Source: Negativicutes bacterium (GTDB taxonomy: Bacteria > Bacillota > Negativicutes > UBA1444). Taken from it: a stretch of 64,000 nucleotides of DNA. The notes beneath the pieces were generated by a model. The model saw only the letters and a list, made by a program, of their open reading frames with translations, made no database searches and was not told the DNA's origin. This document shows, piece after piece, positions 29,023-40,989 of this stretch; within the stretch, counting starts at the first letter, position 1; each line of letters starts with the position of its first letter. The stretch lies in NCBI GenBank assembly GCA_963665275.2, contig CAXXIN010000014.1:32001-96000 (forward strand). Direction: 5' to 3'. Made by a program: the position numbers and the translations under genes.

Positions 29023-29217
29023 ATGGACTGGGCGCAGCTCATCTCCCAAGTGGGATTCCCGATTGCAGTTTCTGCATGGCTTTTGATCCGCCTAGATGAT
29101 CGACTCGGCGCGTTCGAAAAGACCGCCGTGGCGATCTGCCAGCGGCTCGAGGACCAAAGCAACCGCTGCAGTGAATGCAAAGAGTGGAGGCAGCGAAACG
29201 AAAAAATGAAGGCATAA
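29023..29217 (+). CDS. YvrJ family small membrane protein
   Basis: ISQVGFPIAVSAWLLIRLD signature. Confidence 0.85.
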   Translation: MDWAQLISQVGFPIAVSAWLLIRLDDRLGAFEKTAVAICQRLEDQSNRCSECKEWRQRNEKMKA

Positions 29218-29340
29218 GCGCTGACCACGCCATCTTTGCTGAAACAAGCTAAAAATGAGGGACACGCTGCCGAAGGAAAGGCAGCTGTCCCGCATTTTTT
29301 GTCATAAAACAACAATGAAAATAATTGAGGGAAAGAGGTT

Positions 29341-29772
29341 TTGAATATGTTGTTAACAGATGTGACCAAGATTTTGAAAGTACTGCTCGGAGCGTTCGGG
29401 GCTGTGGCCTCCCGCGATGATCTTACCCAGCGCCGGATCGGCCAGATCGGCGAAGTGATCGGCGCGGTGGATGATGTGGCGGCGTATGAGGAAGACAAGG
29501 ACGGTGGGGGTGGGACGATGGCCCAGAGGCGCGTCGAGGAAGCGCATGATATTATCCACCGGGTGGCAGCGATATTGGCGATGGAGGATGAGGGGGAGAA
29601 CGGTGGCGGAGACAATTCTGGCGATGCGGGGCAGGACAATACAGGATTGGAAGCAACTGCCGAGCAGGACGTCATCTCCAGGAAGAATGGTGACGAGCCG
29701 CTGGCTGAAGTTCCTTGGGACGGGACGATCGACGGGGAGACCATTGAGCTGAAGGAAGACGAAGAAGAATAA
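29341..29772 (+). CDS. Hypothetical protein with acidic C-terminal tail
   Basis: 143-aa ORF with RBS; helical N-terminus, D/E-rich tail. Confidence 0.6.
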   Translation: MNMLLTDVTKILKVLLGAFGAVASRDDLTQRRIGQIGEVIGAVDDVAAYEEDKDGGGGTMAQRRVEEAHDIIHRVAAILAMEDEGENGGGDNSGDAGQDNTGLEATAEQDVISRKNGDEPLAEVPWDGTIDGETIELKEDEEE

Positions 29773-30282
29773 CCAAGAAGAAAATCATTGGCTAAATGAA
29801 AATGACTGGCTGGAACAACTTCAGCTGGTCGTTTCGTTTCAGAACACCTGAGCAATGTATTCAAAGATGGCCGATTAGCGTCAGGCGGCAGAGTGATCCG
29901 GAAATTCCGGATAACTGCGTCTGACGTCAACGAGCCGCTGGCCGAGTTCCTGAGGACGGGACACTCGCGGGGGAGACCATCGAGCTAAAGGAAGCTGAAG
30001 AAGAATAGCATAACTGTGCGGGCTACAAATAAGTAGCCTGCTTTTTTTGTCTAAGTAGTATTTGATGGCAGGATTACGAAAGGTTTTCGGGAATCGATTG
30101 AACGAGTACCCGAAATTGCAAGTTGAGTATTTTTCCCACATTGGCTGATGAGAGTGACAGACGATTCCGCTTATTCTACTAATGGGTACAAAAAGTAATA
30201 AAGAATTTTATTTTTAGTATTGTAAATACTAAAAATAAAATGTATGATGTCATCAGATGGTCGATCATGGAGGAAATGGAAA

Positions 30283-31893
30283 ATGAATGCGAAAGCATTA
30301 GAATCTTTTGTCCAATTGTTATACATACGAAACATGGTGGATCGGGAGCAGATCTTGTTGGAAGCTGTTCGAGTCGTTCGGACTTTTCAACAGCTGCACA
30401 ACCGACAAGAAACCATTTCCGACACACCGGAAGATAAAGAACTCTTGTTTGCTGAAATGCAAAGTGTTTCGGAGTCTTCCGAATTGGGACACTTTCCCGG
30501 TGATCGGGAATTTTTCTACAACCTCTTTGCGGTTGCATGTGAACTCGACCTGATAGAGTTGCTGGTCAAGTCCGGCCGAAACGACCGCACAGGAATGCTG
30601 GCGCCCGCGTATCTGGTCGAATATTTGGCCGGTGGGATTACAAAAGACACCGCCCGGGTTTTCGTGGCAGAAGCTGAAAAATTTGCCGAAGGTCTGCAAA
30701 AATTAATAGCAGAGAATCCCAAAGTGGAATTTACATTAACGACGGAAAAGAAAATACATTATCTCCTCCTGGTAACGGCTTTTTCACAAAACCATAATGT
30801 CCGGATACTGAATCAATCGATTTATCGTGAACTGTTACATAAAGACAGCTATGATTTATTGCTCACCATTCCATCGTTTGGCAATCGTTATAACTCGGAG
30901 GAATCCAACAATAATTTTATCACTCGAGACTCGGAATGCATCGCCGTGGAAAACCTCCTCCGCCATCTTGGCGAGCGCGGAAAACTGGCCGCAGTGTTGC
31001 CTGCCAAAGTAACCTTCGCCAGCGGTCCGGTTCAGGAGTTTAGACAATGGATCATGGCCGACTATCACCTGGAAGCCATATACTCTCTGCCAGAAGGAAT
31101 CTTCCGGCCCTATGCTGGCATCAAGACGTATTTAATGGTTTTTGACGCAAAAACGACGATAGGGGTTACAGTCGGCAAAATAATCGATGAGGACTATAGA
31201 CTGCTAGTCAAACAAAAGCAATGGATTTCCGACGTAGAATTCAACGGGCACGAAGATTGGCGGACAGAAATATATCTCGCCGATGATAACGAAGCCATCC
31301 AGAAGTTTAAAACCTCCGGTCTCGAAAAAATCAAACTCAAGGATGTGGCAGAAATCTTCCGGGGCAAGTCCGTGCTCAAAGATGATCTGCAGCCAGGAAA
31401 AATAAGAGTCCTGAATATATCCAACATGGACGAAGGCGAACTCATCTTCGACGAAATGGACACCATCCACGAAGAAATTCGCAAGGTGAAACGGTATCAA
31501 CTGGAATCTGGCGATATCGTGCTAACCTGTCGGGGGACATCAAACAAAGTCGCCGTCTTCCCGGAAACAGAGCATGTGGTCATTGCCTCGGCAAACATCA
31601 TCGTGCTGCGTATCAAAGAAAAGATCGCGCCTCAATATCTGAAAATATTCCTGGATAGTCCGATCGGACAAATGATGATCAAGAGTTTTCAACGGGGAAC
31701 CACGATGATGAACATCAACCCCAACGACATCGGCGAAATGGAGATTCCGCTGCTGCCCATGGAAAGACAACAAAGTCTCGTTCGGCAGTTTCTGGCAGAA
31801 CAGGAACGATATCGGCGGGAAAAAGCGGAAATTGAACAGCGATGGGAAAAAGAACGCTCGGAACTATACAATAATTTTGTAAGGGGATGCTAA
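30283..31893 (+). CDS. Degenerate N6-MTase domain fused to a single HsdS-like TRD
   Basis: MTase-like core ([19 protein letters not shown]) with TIPSF in place of NPPF; C-terminal [31 protein letters not shown]. Confidence 0.75.
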   Translation: MNAKALESFVQLLYIRNMVDREQILLEAVRVVRTFQQLHNRQETISDTPEDKELLFAEMQSVSESSELGHFPGDREFFYNLFAVACELDLIELLVKSGRNDRTGMLAPAYLVEYLAGGITKDTARVFVAEAEKFAEGLQKLIAENPKVEFTLTTEKKIHYLLLVTAFSQNHNVRILNQSIYRELLHKDSYDLLLTIPSFGNRYNSEESNNNFITRDSECIAVENLLRHLGERGKLAAVLPAKVTFASGPVQEFRQWIMADYHLEAIYSLPEGIFRPYAGIKTYLMVFDAKTTIGVTVGKIIDEDYRLLVKQKQWISDVEFNGHEDWRTEIYLADDNEAIQKFKTSGLEKIKLKDVAEIFRGKSVLKDDLQPGKIRVLNISNMDEGELIFDEMDTIHEEIRKVKRYQLESGDIVLTCRGTSNKVAVFPETEHVVIASANIIVLRIKEKIAPQYLKIFLDSPIGQMMIKSFQRGTTMMNINPNDIGEMEIPLLPMERQQSLVRQFLAEQERYRREKAEIEQRWEKERSELYNNFVRGC

Positions 31894-31894
31894 G

Positions 31895-33433
31895 ATGGCG
31901 GAGAATGCGAATGGTGCAACACTTGGCTTTGAAGAAAAACTGTGGCAGGCTGCGGACAAAATGCGCAACAATATGGATGCGGCCGAATACAAACATGTTG
32001 TATTGGGCCTACTGTTTTTGAAATACATTTCCGACGCATTCGAAGAAAAATACGAAGAGTTGAACAAGGATGCACTGTCTGATCCAGAAGACCGAGACGA
32101 ATATACGGCAGTAAATATTTTCTGGGTCGCCAAAGAAGCCCGCTGGAACTTTATCAAGGAAAGTGCAAAAAGCCCGAAAATCGGTCAGATCATCGATGAA
32201 GCCATGGTGGCCATCGAGAAAGATAATTCCAATCTCAAAGGGGTACTGCCAAAAGATTATGCCCGGTCCACGCTGGACAAAACCCGGCTGGGTGAACTGA
32301 TCGATATTCTTTCCTTCAATATAGGGGATAAGGAGAGCCGGTCGCAGGATATCTTGGGCCGAGTCTACGAATACTTCCTCTCCAAATTTGCAAGCGCCGA
32401 AGGTAAAAACGGCGGTGAATTTTATACGCCGCAGTGCGTAGTAAAACTGCTGGTGGAAATGATCGAGCCGATGAAAGGGAGAATCTATGACCCCTGCTGC
32501 GGATCAGGCGGCATGTTCGTGCAAAGCGAGCGCTTCCTGAGTGCGCATAGTGGCAAGCGCGGCGATATTTCGGTATACGGGCAGGAATCCAATCCCACGA
32601 CCTGGCGGCTGTGCAAGATGAATCTGGCCATTCGAGGCATCGATGGCAAGCTCGGCGACTACAATGCCGATTCCTTCCATAATGACCTGCACAAAAGTCT
32701 GAAGGCGGACTATATCCTGGCGAATCCCCCCTTCAACATCAGCGACTGGGGCGGCGCGAAACTGACCGAGGATGTCCGCTGGAGCGGCTACGGCATACCG
32801 CCGGCCGGTAACGCAAACTACGCCTGGATTCTGCACATGCTCTGGCATTTGGCTCCCAGCGGCATTGCTGGATTTGTCCTGGCCAACGGTTCCATGTCGA
32901 CGTCAACGACGAGTGAAGGTGAAATCCGAAAACAGTTGGTGGAAAAGGACAACGTCGACTGCATCGTGACCCTGCCGGGGCAGCTGTTCTATTCGACGCA
33001 GATTCCGGTATGTCTGTGGTTTGTGACCAAGAATAAGGCGGCGAAGGGACACCGCAGCCGCAATGGCGAAATCCTGTTCATCGACGCGCGGAAACTGGGC
33101 ACCATGGCGGACCGGACCCATAAGGAATTTTATGACGAGGATATTAAAAAGATTGCCGATACCTACCATTCCTGGCGCGGTGAAGAAGGGACCGGAGAGT
33201 ATGCGGATGTCAAAGGTTTCTGCAAAGCAGCGAAGCTGGAAGAAGTCCGGGAACACGAATATATCCTGACGCCGGGGCGATATGTGGGGATCGAAGACGT
33301 GGAGGAAGACGCCGAGCCGTTCGAGGAGAAGATGACGCGCCTGACGGGGGAATTGGCCGAGATGTTTGCCAAGTCGCGGCATTTGGAAGGCGAGATTCGG
33401 CAGCGGCTGGGGGCGATCGGGTATGAGTTCTGA
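31895..33433 (+). CDS. hsdM: Type I RM methyltransferase subunit
   Basis: [23 protein letters not shown]. Confidence 0.96.
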   Translation: MAENANGATLGFEEKLWQAADKMRNNMDAAEYKHVVLGLLFLKYISDAFEEKYEELNKDALSDPEDRDEYTAVNIFWVAKEARWNFIKESAKSPKIGQIIDEAMVAIEKDNSNLKGVLPKDYARSTLDKTRLGELIDILSFNIGDKESRSQDILGRVYEYFLSKFASAEGKNGGEFYTPQCVVKLLVEMIEPMKGRIYDPCCGSGGMFVQSERFLSAHSGKRGDISVYGQESNPTTWRLCKMNLAIRGIDGKLGDYNADSFHNDLHKSLKADYILANPPFNISDWGGAKLTEDVRWSGYGIPPAGNANYAWILHMLWHLAPSGIAGFVLANGSMSTSTTSEGEIRKQLVEKDNVDCIVTLPGQLFYSTQIPVCLWFVTKNKAAKGHRSRNGEILFIDARKLGTMADRTHKEFYDEDIKKIADTYHSWRGEEGTGEYADVKGFCKAAKLEEVREHEYILTPGRYVGIEDVEEDAEPFEEKMTRLTGELAEMFAKSRHLEGEIRQRLGAIGYEF

Positions 33434-33456
33434 AAAGGAAAGATTAGTATTGGGAT

Positions 33457-34671
33457 GTGATTATGTTGAATGAAAAAAACACGGTGTGGAAAGACACGGT
33501 GCTTGGTATATTTATTTCCATTCAACGGGGTCATGATCTGCCAGAGCAAAACCGCAATAGTGGTGAAATTCCAATAATCGGATCCTTCGGAATTACTGGC
33601 TTTCATAATAAATCCATAGCTCAAGGTCCCGGAGTAACTATTGGTCGAAGTGGCGCGTCCATGGGTGTTGTGTCTTATTCCGACAAAAATTATTGGCCGC
33701 TAAATACCGTTTTATATGTCACAGATTTCCATGATAATGATCCTAAATTCGTTTATTACCGCTTAAAAACGATTGATTTTACAATATATAATTCTGGCAG
33801 TGCGCAACCATCATTAAATCGAAATTATATATATTCGGTTCCATTATGCATTCCAAATAAAAACGAGCAACGTGCCATCGCAGCCACCCTCTCCGCCCTC
33901 GACGACAAAATCGAAATCAACAACCGCATCAACAAAACCTTGGAAGAAATGGCCCAGGCCCTCTTCAAGCGATGGTTCGTCGATTTCGAGTTTCCGGACG
34001 AAAATGGCTTGCCGTACAAGTCCTCCGGCGGGGAGATGGAAGAGAGCGGACTGGGGCCGATTCCGAAGGGGTGGAAGGTTGAATCACTCGATAGTATCGC
34101 GGATTATTTAAATGGACTTGCTATGCAAAAATATCGACCTGAAGGCGAAGAGTTTTTACCTGTTATTAAGATTCGTGAACTCAATCAAGGGAAACCTGAT
34201 GGACAAAGCGATAAAGCCAGCCCCAATATTGATTCTAAGTACATTGTTAATGATGGTGATGTTTTATTTTCATGGTCGGGAAGCCTAGATGTGAAAATAT
34301 GGTGCGGAGGTAAAGGCGGTTTAAACCAACATTTGTTTAAAGTGACATCTGATCGATATGAAAAATGGTTTTACTATTTGTGGACCAAGCACCATCTTGA
34401 AAAATTTCGCGGAATTGCACAGGATAAAGCAACTACCATGGGACACATACAAAGAAAACACCTTAAAGAATCTTTGGTAGATGTTCCTGCGCAAGATGTT
34501 TTGGGGAAAATTAATTCGATAATGCGGCCGATTTTTGACCTTTATATCACAAGAGAAATTGAAGCAGCGACCTTGGTGGCAATAAGAGACACCCTATTAC
34601 CCAAACTTATCAGTGGCGAAATCCGTATGGATAGCTCATTTGCGGAGGACATCGGTAATGGAGAAAGTTAG
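33457..34671 (+). CDS. hsdS: Type I RM specificity subunit
   Basis: Two TRDs; EQRAIAATLSALDDKIE central region; RDTLLPKLISGEI. Confidence 0.95.
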   Translation: MIMLNEKNTVWKDTVLGIFISIQRGHDLPEQNRNSGEIPIIGSFGITGFHNKSIAQGPGVTIGRSGASMGVVSYSDKNYWPLNTVLYVTDFHDNDPKFVYYRLKTIDFTIYNSGSAQPSLNRNYIYSVPLCIPNKNEQRAIAATLSALDDKIEINNRINKTLEEMAQALFKRWFVDFEFPDENGLPYKSSGGEMEESGLGPIPKGWKVESLDSIADYLNGLAMQKYRPEGEEFLPVIKIRELNQGKPDGQSDKASPNIDSKYIVNDGDVLFSWSGSLDVKIWCGGKGGLNQHLFKVTSDRYEKWFYYLWTKHHLEKFRGIAQDKATTMGHIQRKHLKESLVDVPAQDVLGKINSIMRPIFDLYITREIEAATLVAIRDTLLPKLISGEIRMDSSFAEDIGNGES

Positions 34672-35935
34672 AATTGAATCAATTGGTGATTTCGTGGAAA
34701 TATTAAGCGGTCTCCGAACACTCTTGGCGGAAGAAGGCAACGACAAAATTGCTTTCTTCCGGGGGCAAAAAAATTCCGGCTGGGAAGAGATTTATCCGAG
34801 TGTCTTTCGCGCCCCATATTTGATGGCTGAAAATGAATTATATTACAATCTGTCGATGAAATGCCCAGAAGCAATACCAGCTAATTTTTCGATTATAGAT
34901 AAACTGGTGCTTATGCAGCATTATGGATTACCCACGCGACTTCTTGATGTTACAACCAATCCTTTAGTCGCTTTATTCTTCGCTTGCCAGAAAAACACCG
35001 AACGAGTACCAGCGTCTGAGAACTGTGAAATGAGTCATGAAGGCTGCTTTCGGGAAATCGAAACAGACGGAGAAATCCTTGTTTTACGTGATTATCGTCC
35101 TCAACAAACCGGATTTGAGAGAGCAAGCGTTATTGCTGCATTGGCAGAAATTAATTATCAGTTTACCCTGGGCGAGTTAAAAATGATCATAGATCGGCGA
35201 GGGTTAGGGACGTATTCAATATCAAGTTTGTCCGATATGTTGCAGCAAAGCTTGCCAATAAACACAAGAATGAATAACGAAAGAATTAAGAGACAATCAG
35301 GAGCGTTTATTATTTGCGGAACGCATCTGAATTTTGAAGATACTAACTCTGACGATTCTGTGGCGGTGAAGAAAGCAATTAATTTGCGGACCCGATTTGA
35401 ACAAGACGCTGGGGTACGCTACGTGGTTGCGTGGGATAAGAAAGAGCAAATATTGGAAGAGCTTGATTTCATAGGAATCAATGAATCCTTCCTTTATCCG
35501 GAAATAGAGTATCAGTCCAAGTATATTAGAGAGCATCAAATAAGGAATATCCAGTTTGATAGCGGGATCGATGGCGCTGAGCGAACGAAATTAGCAGAAG
35601 AGCTAGAAGAAGTGAATTTATATGTATCGCCTGAAAACCTTGAACGTTTTGCAGAAAGAGCGAAGATAGAAATACTTCTTATATTACAAGGCGTTGAGCA
35701 GAAAGAAATAATAACAGATTATATTGGCGAGATACTAAGAAACAACTTGGATGTGGATTGGATAAATAGAGAGGCCAGCAAGGCCAAAATTGCAGTAGCG
35801 ATTAAGCGCGTATTCAGGGAACACACAACGCTCGATTTTGTTCGAGTGAAAAAACTTATAGATGACATTCTTTTAATTGTTGAAGATTGCTATCATAAAT
35901 GCGCAGCTTCACAGGAGGTACCTGAAAATGTTTGA
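34658..35935 (+). CDS. FRG domain protein with HsdR-like C-terminal segment
   Basis: FFRGQ, PSVFR, MQHYGLPTRLLDVTTNPLVALFFAC, RIKRQSGAF. Confidence 0.9.
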   Translation: MEKVRIESIGDFVEILSGLRTLLAEEGNDKIAFFRGQKNSGWEEIYPSVFRAPYLMAENELYYNLSMKCPEAIPANFSIIDKLVLMQHYGLPTRLLDVTTNPLVALFFACQKNTERVPASENCEMSHEGCFREIETDGEILVLRDYRPQQTGFERASVIAALAEINYQFTLGELKMIIDRRGLGTYSISSLSDMLQQSLPINTRMNNERIKRQSGAFIICGTHLNFEDTNSDDSVAVKKAINLRTRFEQDAGVRYVVAWDKKEQILEELDFIGINESFLYPEIEYQSKYIREHQIRNIQFDSGIDGAERTKLAEELEEVNLYVSPENLERFAERAKIEILLILQGVEQKEIITDYIGEILRNNLDVDWINREASKAKIAVAIKRVFREHTTLDFVRVKKLIDDILLIVEDCYHKCAASQEVPENV

Positions 35936-36642
35936 AAAAATTGATCAGAACAAGGCTCGCATTGACGCGCTGCGTCCGATGCAGGGCAGCTTGCTCACAC
36001 AGATTCGAGACTATTACAAAATCGGCCTGACCTACTCCAGCAATGCGCTCGAAGGCAACTCCCTCACGGAAACGGAACCAAAGTTTTGTTGGAGGACGGC
36101 CTGACTGTCGGCGGCAAGCCGATCAGGGACTACTACGAGGCGACGGGTCACGCCAAGGCCTATGACTATATCTATACGCTCATGCAAGGCGAAGAACTGG
36201 GCGAAGTGCAGCTGAAAACCATCCACCGTCTGTTTTATTCCCTGATTGATGAAGCGCAGGCCGGGCAGTACCGCAAAGAAAGGGTCATTATCTCTGGGTC
36301 GAAGTATCCGGTGCCGCACCGGAGAAGGTCCAAGCACTCATGAACGGTTTTTTTCACTGGTTGTCTACGCAGGAAAAGCTGATGCATCCGGTGGAATTCG
36401 CCGCGAAGGCGCACAAGGAATTTGTCTTTATCCATCCTTTTGTGGACGGTAACGGCCGGGTGGCGCGGCTGCTGATGAATCTTTGCCTGTTGCGGCAGGG
36501 GTACACGATGGCGATCATTCCGCCGGTTCTGCGAGGCGACTACATCGCTCTGCTGGAAAAAGCGCATGAGGACGACACCGCCTTTGTGAACTTCATTGCC
36601 GAACGGGTGGAAGAAACGCAGAAGGATTTGCTGCGGCTTTAA
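35928..36642 (+). pseudogene. Fic family protein with two frameshifts
   Basis: Three consecutive frames carry TYSSNALEGN, the central region, and HPFVDGNGRVARL; single-base deletions near 36079 and 36317. Confidence 0.8.
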
Positions 36643-36693
36643 AATAGCGGGGTCTTCTGGACAGGGTCTGATTTTGTTGGGGGGGTGCGATTC

Positions 36694-39600
36694 GTGACGG
36701 CGTATAATTTCAATGAATCCGAATTGGAGCAGGCGGTGCTGGAGTGCTTCCAGGAACTCTATTACGACATTCAGCAGGGACCGGAGATTTCACCGGGCGG
36801 TGCTTATCCGAACGGGACGACTACAACCTGGTGATTCTGCAAGACCGTCTCATGAATGCGCTCCGGCGAATCAATCCGAAAATGCCGACGGAAGCATTGG
36901 AGGACGCCTATCGCCAGGTCGTCATCGCCAAAAGCCCCAGCCTGATTGTGAATAATAAGGAGTTCTATCGCCTTATCACCGACGGAGTCAACGTAGAAGT
37001 CCGGCGGGCGGATGGATCCATCAAGACGGACAAGGTGTGGTTGTTCGATTTTTCGGATGAAGGAACGGACAATAACGATTGGCTGGCCGTCAACCAATAC
37101 ACCGTGATTGAAAATCATAACCATCGCCGGCCTGATGTGATCGTTTTCATCAATGGGATTCCGCTGGCGGTGATTGAATTGAAGAGCACCTCCGATGAAA
37201 ATGTGGGGGTTACCGAAGCCTTCCGGCAGTTTGAGACCTATAAAAACGAAATTCCCTCTCTGTTCATCTACAATTCATTTCTGGTGATCAGTGATGGCGT
37301 GAATGCAAAAGCGGGAACCCTGACCGCCAATGAAGATTGGTTCATGCCCTGGCGGACCATCGATGGCGTGGAGGTTGCCCCAACAGCGCTGCCGCAGCTG
37401 GAAGTGCTGATCAAGGGAATGTTTGATAAGCAACATTTCCTCGACATTATCAAGAACTTTATCCTGTTCCAGACCGACGGCAAGGAAATCTTCAAGATTC
37501 TGGCCGGCTACCATCAGTATCATGCGGTCAAGAAAGCAGTGACTTGCACCGAACGGGCCACCACGGAAGGCGGCGACCGGCGCATCGGTGTCATTTGGCA
37601 TACCCAGGGATCAGGCAAAAGCTATTCGATGGTGTTCTATGCCGGTCAACTGATCATGACCATGAACAACCCGACCATTATTGTGGTCACCGACCGGAAC
37701 GACCTCGACGAGCAGATCTACTCTACATTCAGCCGCTCCGAGGAATTTTTGCGCCAGTCTCCGGTCCAGGCCCTCAATCGGGCTGAGTTGCGGCAAATGC
37801 TCAAAGAGCGTCAGGCGGGCGGAATCATTTTTACTACCATCCAGAAATTCTCGCCGGGCGAGGATGGCGATACTGAACCGCTGCTGAATGACCGGCGCAA
37901 CATTGTGGTGATCGCTGACGAAGCCCATCGCTCCCAATACGGATTTGATGCTAAAGTGTCTGCCGGCGACCAGGGGGCGGCTGTGAAATACGGCTATGCC
38001 CGCTATCTGCGCGAGGCCATTCCCAATGCCTCGTTCATCGGATTCACCGGCACACCGGTGGAACTCACGGATAAGAACACTCCCGCCGTATTTGGCGATT
38101 ATATTGATATCTATGACATGACGCGGGCCGTGCAAGACGGTACTACCGTGAAAATCTTCTACGAAAGCCGCATTGCCAAGCTCGACCTGCCAGAATCAGA
38201 ACGTCCGAAGATTGACTCGGAGTTTGAAGAGATCACGGAATTTCAGGAAGAATCCTACAAAGAAAAGCAAAAAAGCAAATGGTCCCGTTTGGAGGCCATT
38301 GTCGGTGCAGAAAATCGTGTGCAAAAGATTGCCGAAGATATCGTCGAACACTATGAAAAAAGGCAGGCTGCTGCCTTTGGCAAAGCCATGGTGGTATCCA
38401 TGTCCAGGCGCATTGCGGTGGATCTGTACAACGCGATTGTTGCGCTGCGCCCCGAGTGGCACAGTGATAGCGATAATGAAGGCGTCATTAAAATTGTCAT
38501 GACCGGTTCTGCCTCCGATCCACAGGACTGGCAGAAGCACATCGGCCACAAAGCCCGCCGTAAACTGCTGGCGAAACGTATGAAAGATGAGAAGGACCCG
38601 CTAAAAATCGTCATCGTGCGGGATATGTGGCTAACTGGCTTTGACGTGCCGTCTATGTACACCATGTATGTTGACAAGCCGATGTCCGGACATAATCTGA
38701 TGCAGGCCATTGCCCGGGTCAATCGGGTGTTCAAGGATAAGCCGGGCGGCTTGGTCGTAGATTACATCGGCATCGCCGATAATCTGAAAAACGCCTTGTC
38801 GCAATACACCGTTTCCGACAGGGAGAATACCGGCGTGGATGTGGACCAGGCCGTAGACCTGATGAAAGAAAAATACTCACTGGTACGCGATTTGCTGCAT
38901 GGTTTCGACTACAGCAAGTTCAAGACCGGGACCGCATCAGAACGGATGAAGGCGATCGTGGCCTGCATCGATTTTGTGTTGGGACTGGGCGAAAACGGCA
39001 AGAAAGAATTCCTGAACTATGTCACGGAGTTGGCCAGGGCGTATGCGCTTTGCTCGACAACTGATGAAGCTGAGGAGCTGAATGTGGAGACTGGTTTCTT
39101 CAAGGCCGTAAAGGTGGGGATCATCAAACTGATTCCGGCCGGAGGGCCCAAGAAGACCAAAGCGCAGATCGAAGCACAGTTGAACCAGTTGATCGGCAAG
39201 TCGATCATTTCGGAAGAGGTCGTCGACATTCTCAGCGTTGTGGGCCTTGATAAACCCAATATCGGCATTTTATCCGATGAATTCCTGGAGGAAGTCCGGG
39301 GGTTGCCGCAAAAGAATCTGGCCGTAGAACTGCTGAGGCGGCTGATCGCCGGCAAGGTGAAGTCGGTCTCGCGCAGCAACCTGATCCAGTCGAAGAAGTT
39401 CTCGGAAATGCTGGAGAATGCGCTGAAAAAGTACCAGAACCGTTCCATCGAAACGACCCAGGTCATTATGGAACTGATCGAACTGGCCAAGCAAATGAAT
39501 GAGATGCAAAAACGGGGCGAGTCGGTCGGGCTGTCCTCGGATGAACTGGCTTTCTACGACGCGCTGGGGTCGAGTGATGCCGCCGTCATGATTATGGGCG

Positions 39601-39884
39601 ATGATATTTTGAAGCAGATTGCCCGCGATCTGACCACGACCATTAAAAACAACCTGGGCGTCGACTGGGCCATTCGTGAAACTGTGCGCGCCCAAATGCG
39701 CCTGACGGTGAAGAAGCTGCTCAAGAAATACGGCTATCCGCCGGACAAGCAGGAAGCTGCGGTGAAGACGGTCATGGAGCAGGCTGAGCTGATGTGCGGG
39801 AACGAATTGGAATATGAAACGGAATACCCGGAAAAGTCCCACCATGAATTTCCGCTGGCGGCGGACGGGAAAGGCGCGTGCTAA
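36694..39884 (+). CDS. hsdR: Type I RM restriction subunit (one frameshift near 36810)
   Basis: [14 protein letters not shown]-terminus in another frame joins ORF 36744-39884; [38 protein letters not shown]. Confidence 0.92.
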
Positions 39885-39932
39885 GTATAGAGAAATTTGC
39901 AATTCAAATAAACTAATGGGAGGGATGCAATA

Positions 39933-40931
39933 TTGGCAAGTAACGTAAACACAGCGTTTGCAGAGTTTTTGAAAAACACTGTGAATCTGGATGCAAATGA
40001 AACAAATACGGCGAGAAATAGTCGTGATTGGTTGGTTGGGAAGATACACGGTTTTGGGGGCAAGGACATGTTCCCTGTGCTTTACAATGAGAAGGATATT
40101 TTCTTTGGCTCTTTTGCTAGAAAAACAAAAATTCGCGAACTTGACGATATTGATATTATGATATGTTTGAGTGCTCTGGGGAGTACTTATAATCCCTATC
40201 AAGCTGGAAGTATTGAAATCACTGTGCCTGAATCGGCTGAAGCGCTGTATTGCCTATGCCACGATTACACTGACAAGTTGAATTCTAGAAAAGTAATAAA
40301 TAAAGTAATTTCAAAGCTAAGCAGTGTGCCGCAATATAAAAAAGCAGAAATAAGCAGGAACCAAGAGGCGGCTATACTAAATTTGCAGACCTATACTTGG
40401 AGTTTTGATATTATTCCTTGTTTTTTTACCTCCCCAGATCAATATTGCCGAACCTATTACTTGATTCCAGATGGTAGCGGCAATTGGCAGAAGACTGATC
40501 CGCGAATTGATAGTGATCATGTCTCGTCATTAAACCAGAAGCACAACGGTTATGCATTGAATTTAATAAGAATCGTCAAGTATTGGAATCGAAGACCAAC
40601 GATGCCATCGATGCAATCATATCTACTGGAATGTATGCTGCTGAATCATTTGGAAGGTTCGACCCAATGTTCGGATTATATTGACATTGCGTTTAGGGAT
40701 GCATTGGCTTACATATATTCTGCAATTTATAATAGCGTTCAAGATCCAAAAGGTATCCAGGGGGATCTCAACAATTTGCCAACTGAGGAAAGAAAAAAAA
40801 TATCCGATAGGGCGGCGATGGACTACAATAAGGCAATTGACGCAGGGACTTATGAAGGAAAAGGAGACCATAAATCGGCAATTAACAAGTGGAGGGAAAT
40901 TTTTGGCGATCAATTCCCGCCATATACATAA
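39933..40931 (+). CDS. SMODS/CD-NTase nucleotidyltransferase 1
   Basis: FGSFARKT....DDIDI, FDIIP, TDPR, IVKYWN, WREIFGDQFP. Confidence 0.85.
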   Translation: MASNVNTAFAEFLKNTVNLDANETNTARNSRDWLVGKIHGFGGKDMFPVLYNEKDIFFGSFARKTKIRELDDIDIMICLSALGSTYNPYQAGSIEITVPESAEALYCLCHDYTDKLNSRKVINKVISKLSSVPQYKKAEISRNQEAAILNLQTYTWSFDIIPCFFTSPDQYCRTYYLIPDGSGNWQKTDPRIDSDHVSSLNQKHNGYALNLIRIVKYWNRRPTMPSMQSYLLECMLLNHLEGSTQCSDYIDIAFRDALAYIYSAIYNSVQDPKGIQGDLNNLPTEERKKISDRAAMDYNKAIDAGTYEGKGDHKSAINKWREIFGDQFPPYT

Positions 40932-40989
40932 GACTCATTTAAGAAAATATCTGCTCATAGCAACTGCTGATTTTTCAGGAGGGATATTC

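Noticed and set aside
28626-29930. 434-aa minus-strand ORF
   Set aside because: Antisense to four small plus-strand genes with good RBSs; low-complexity translation.
40681-40989. N-terminal extension of the second CD-NTase in the ORF track
   Set aside because: Overlaps the first cyclase; an RBS and TTG at 40990 give an N-terminus resembling that of cyclase 1.
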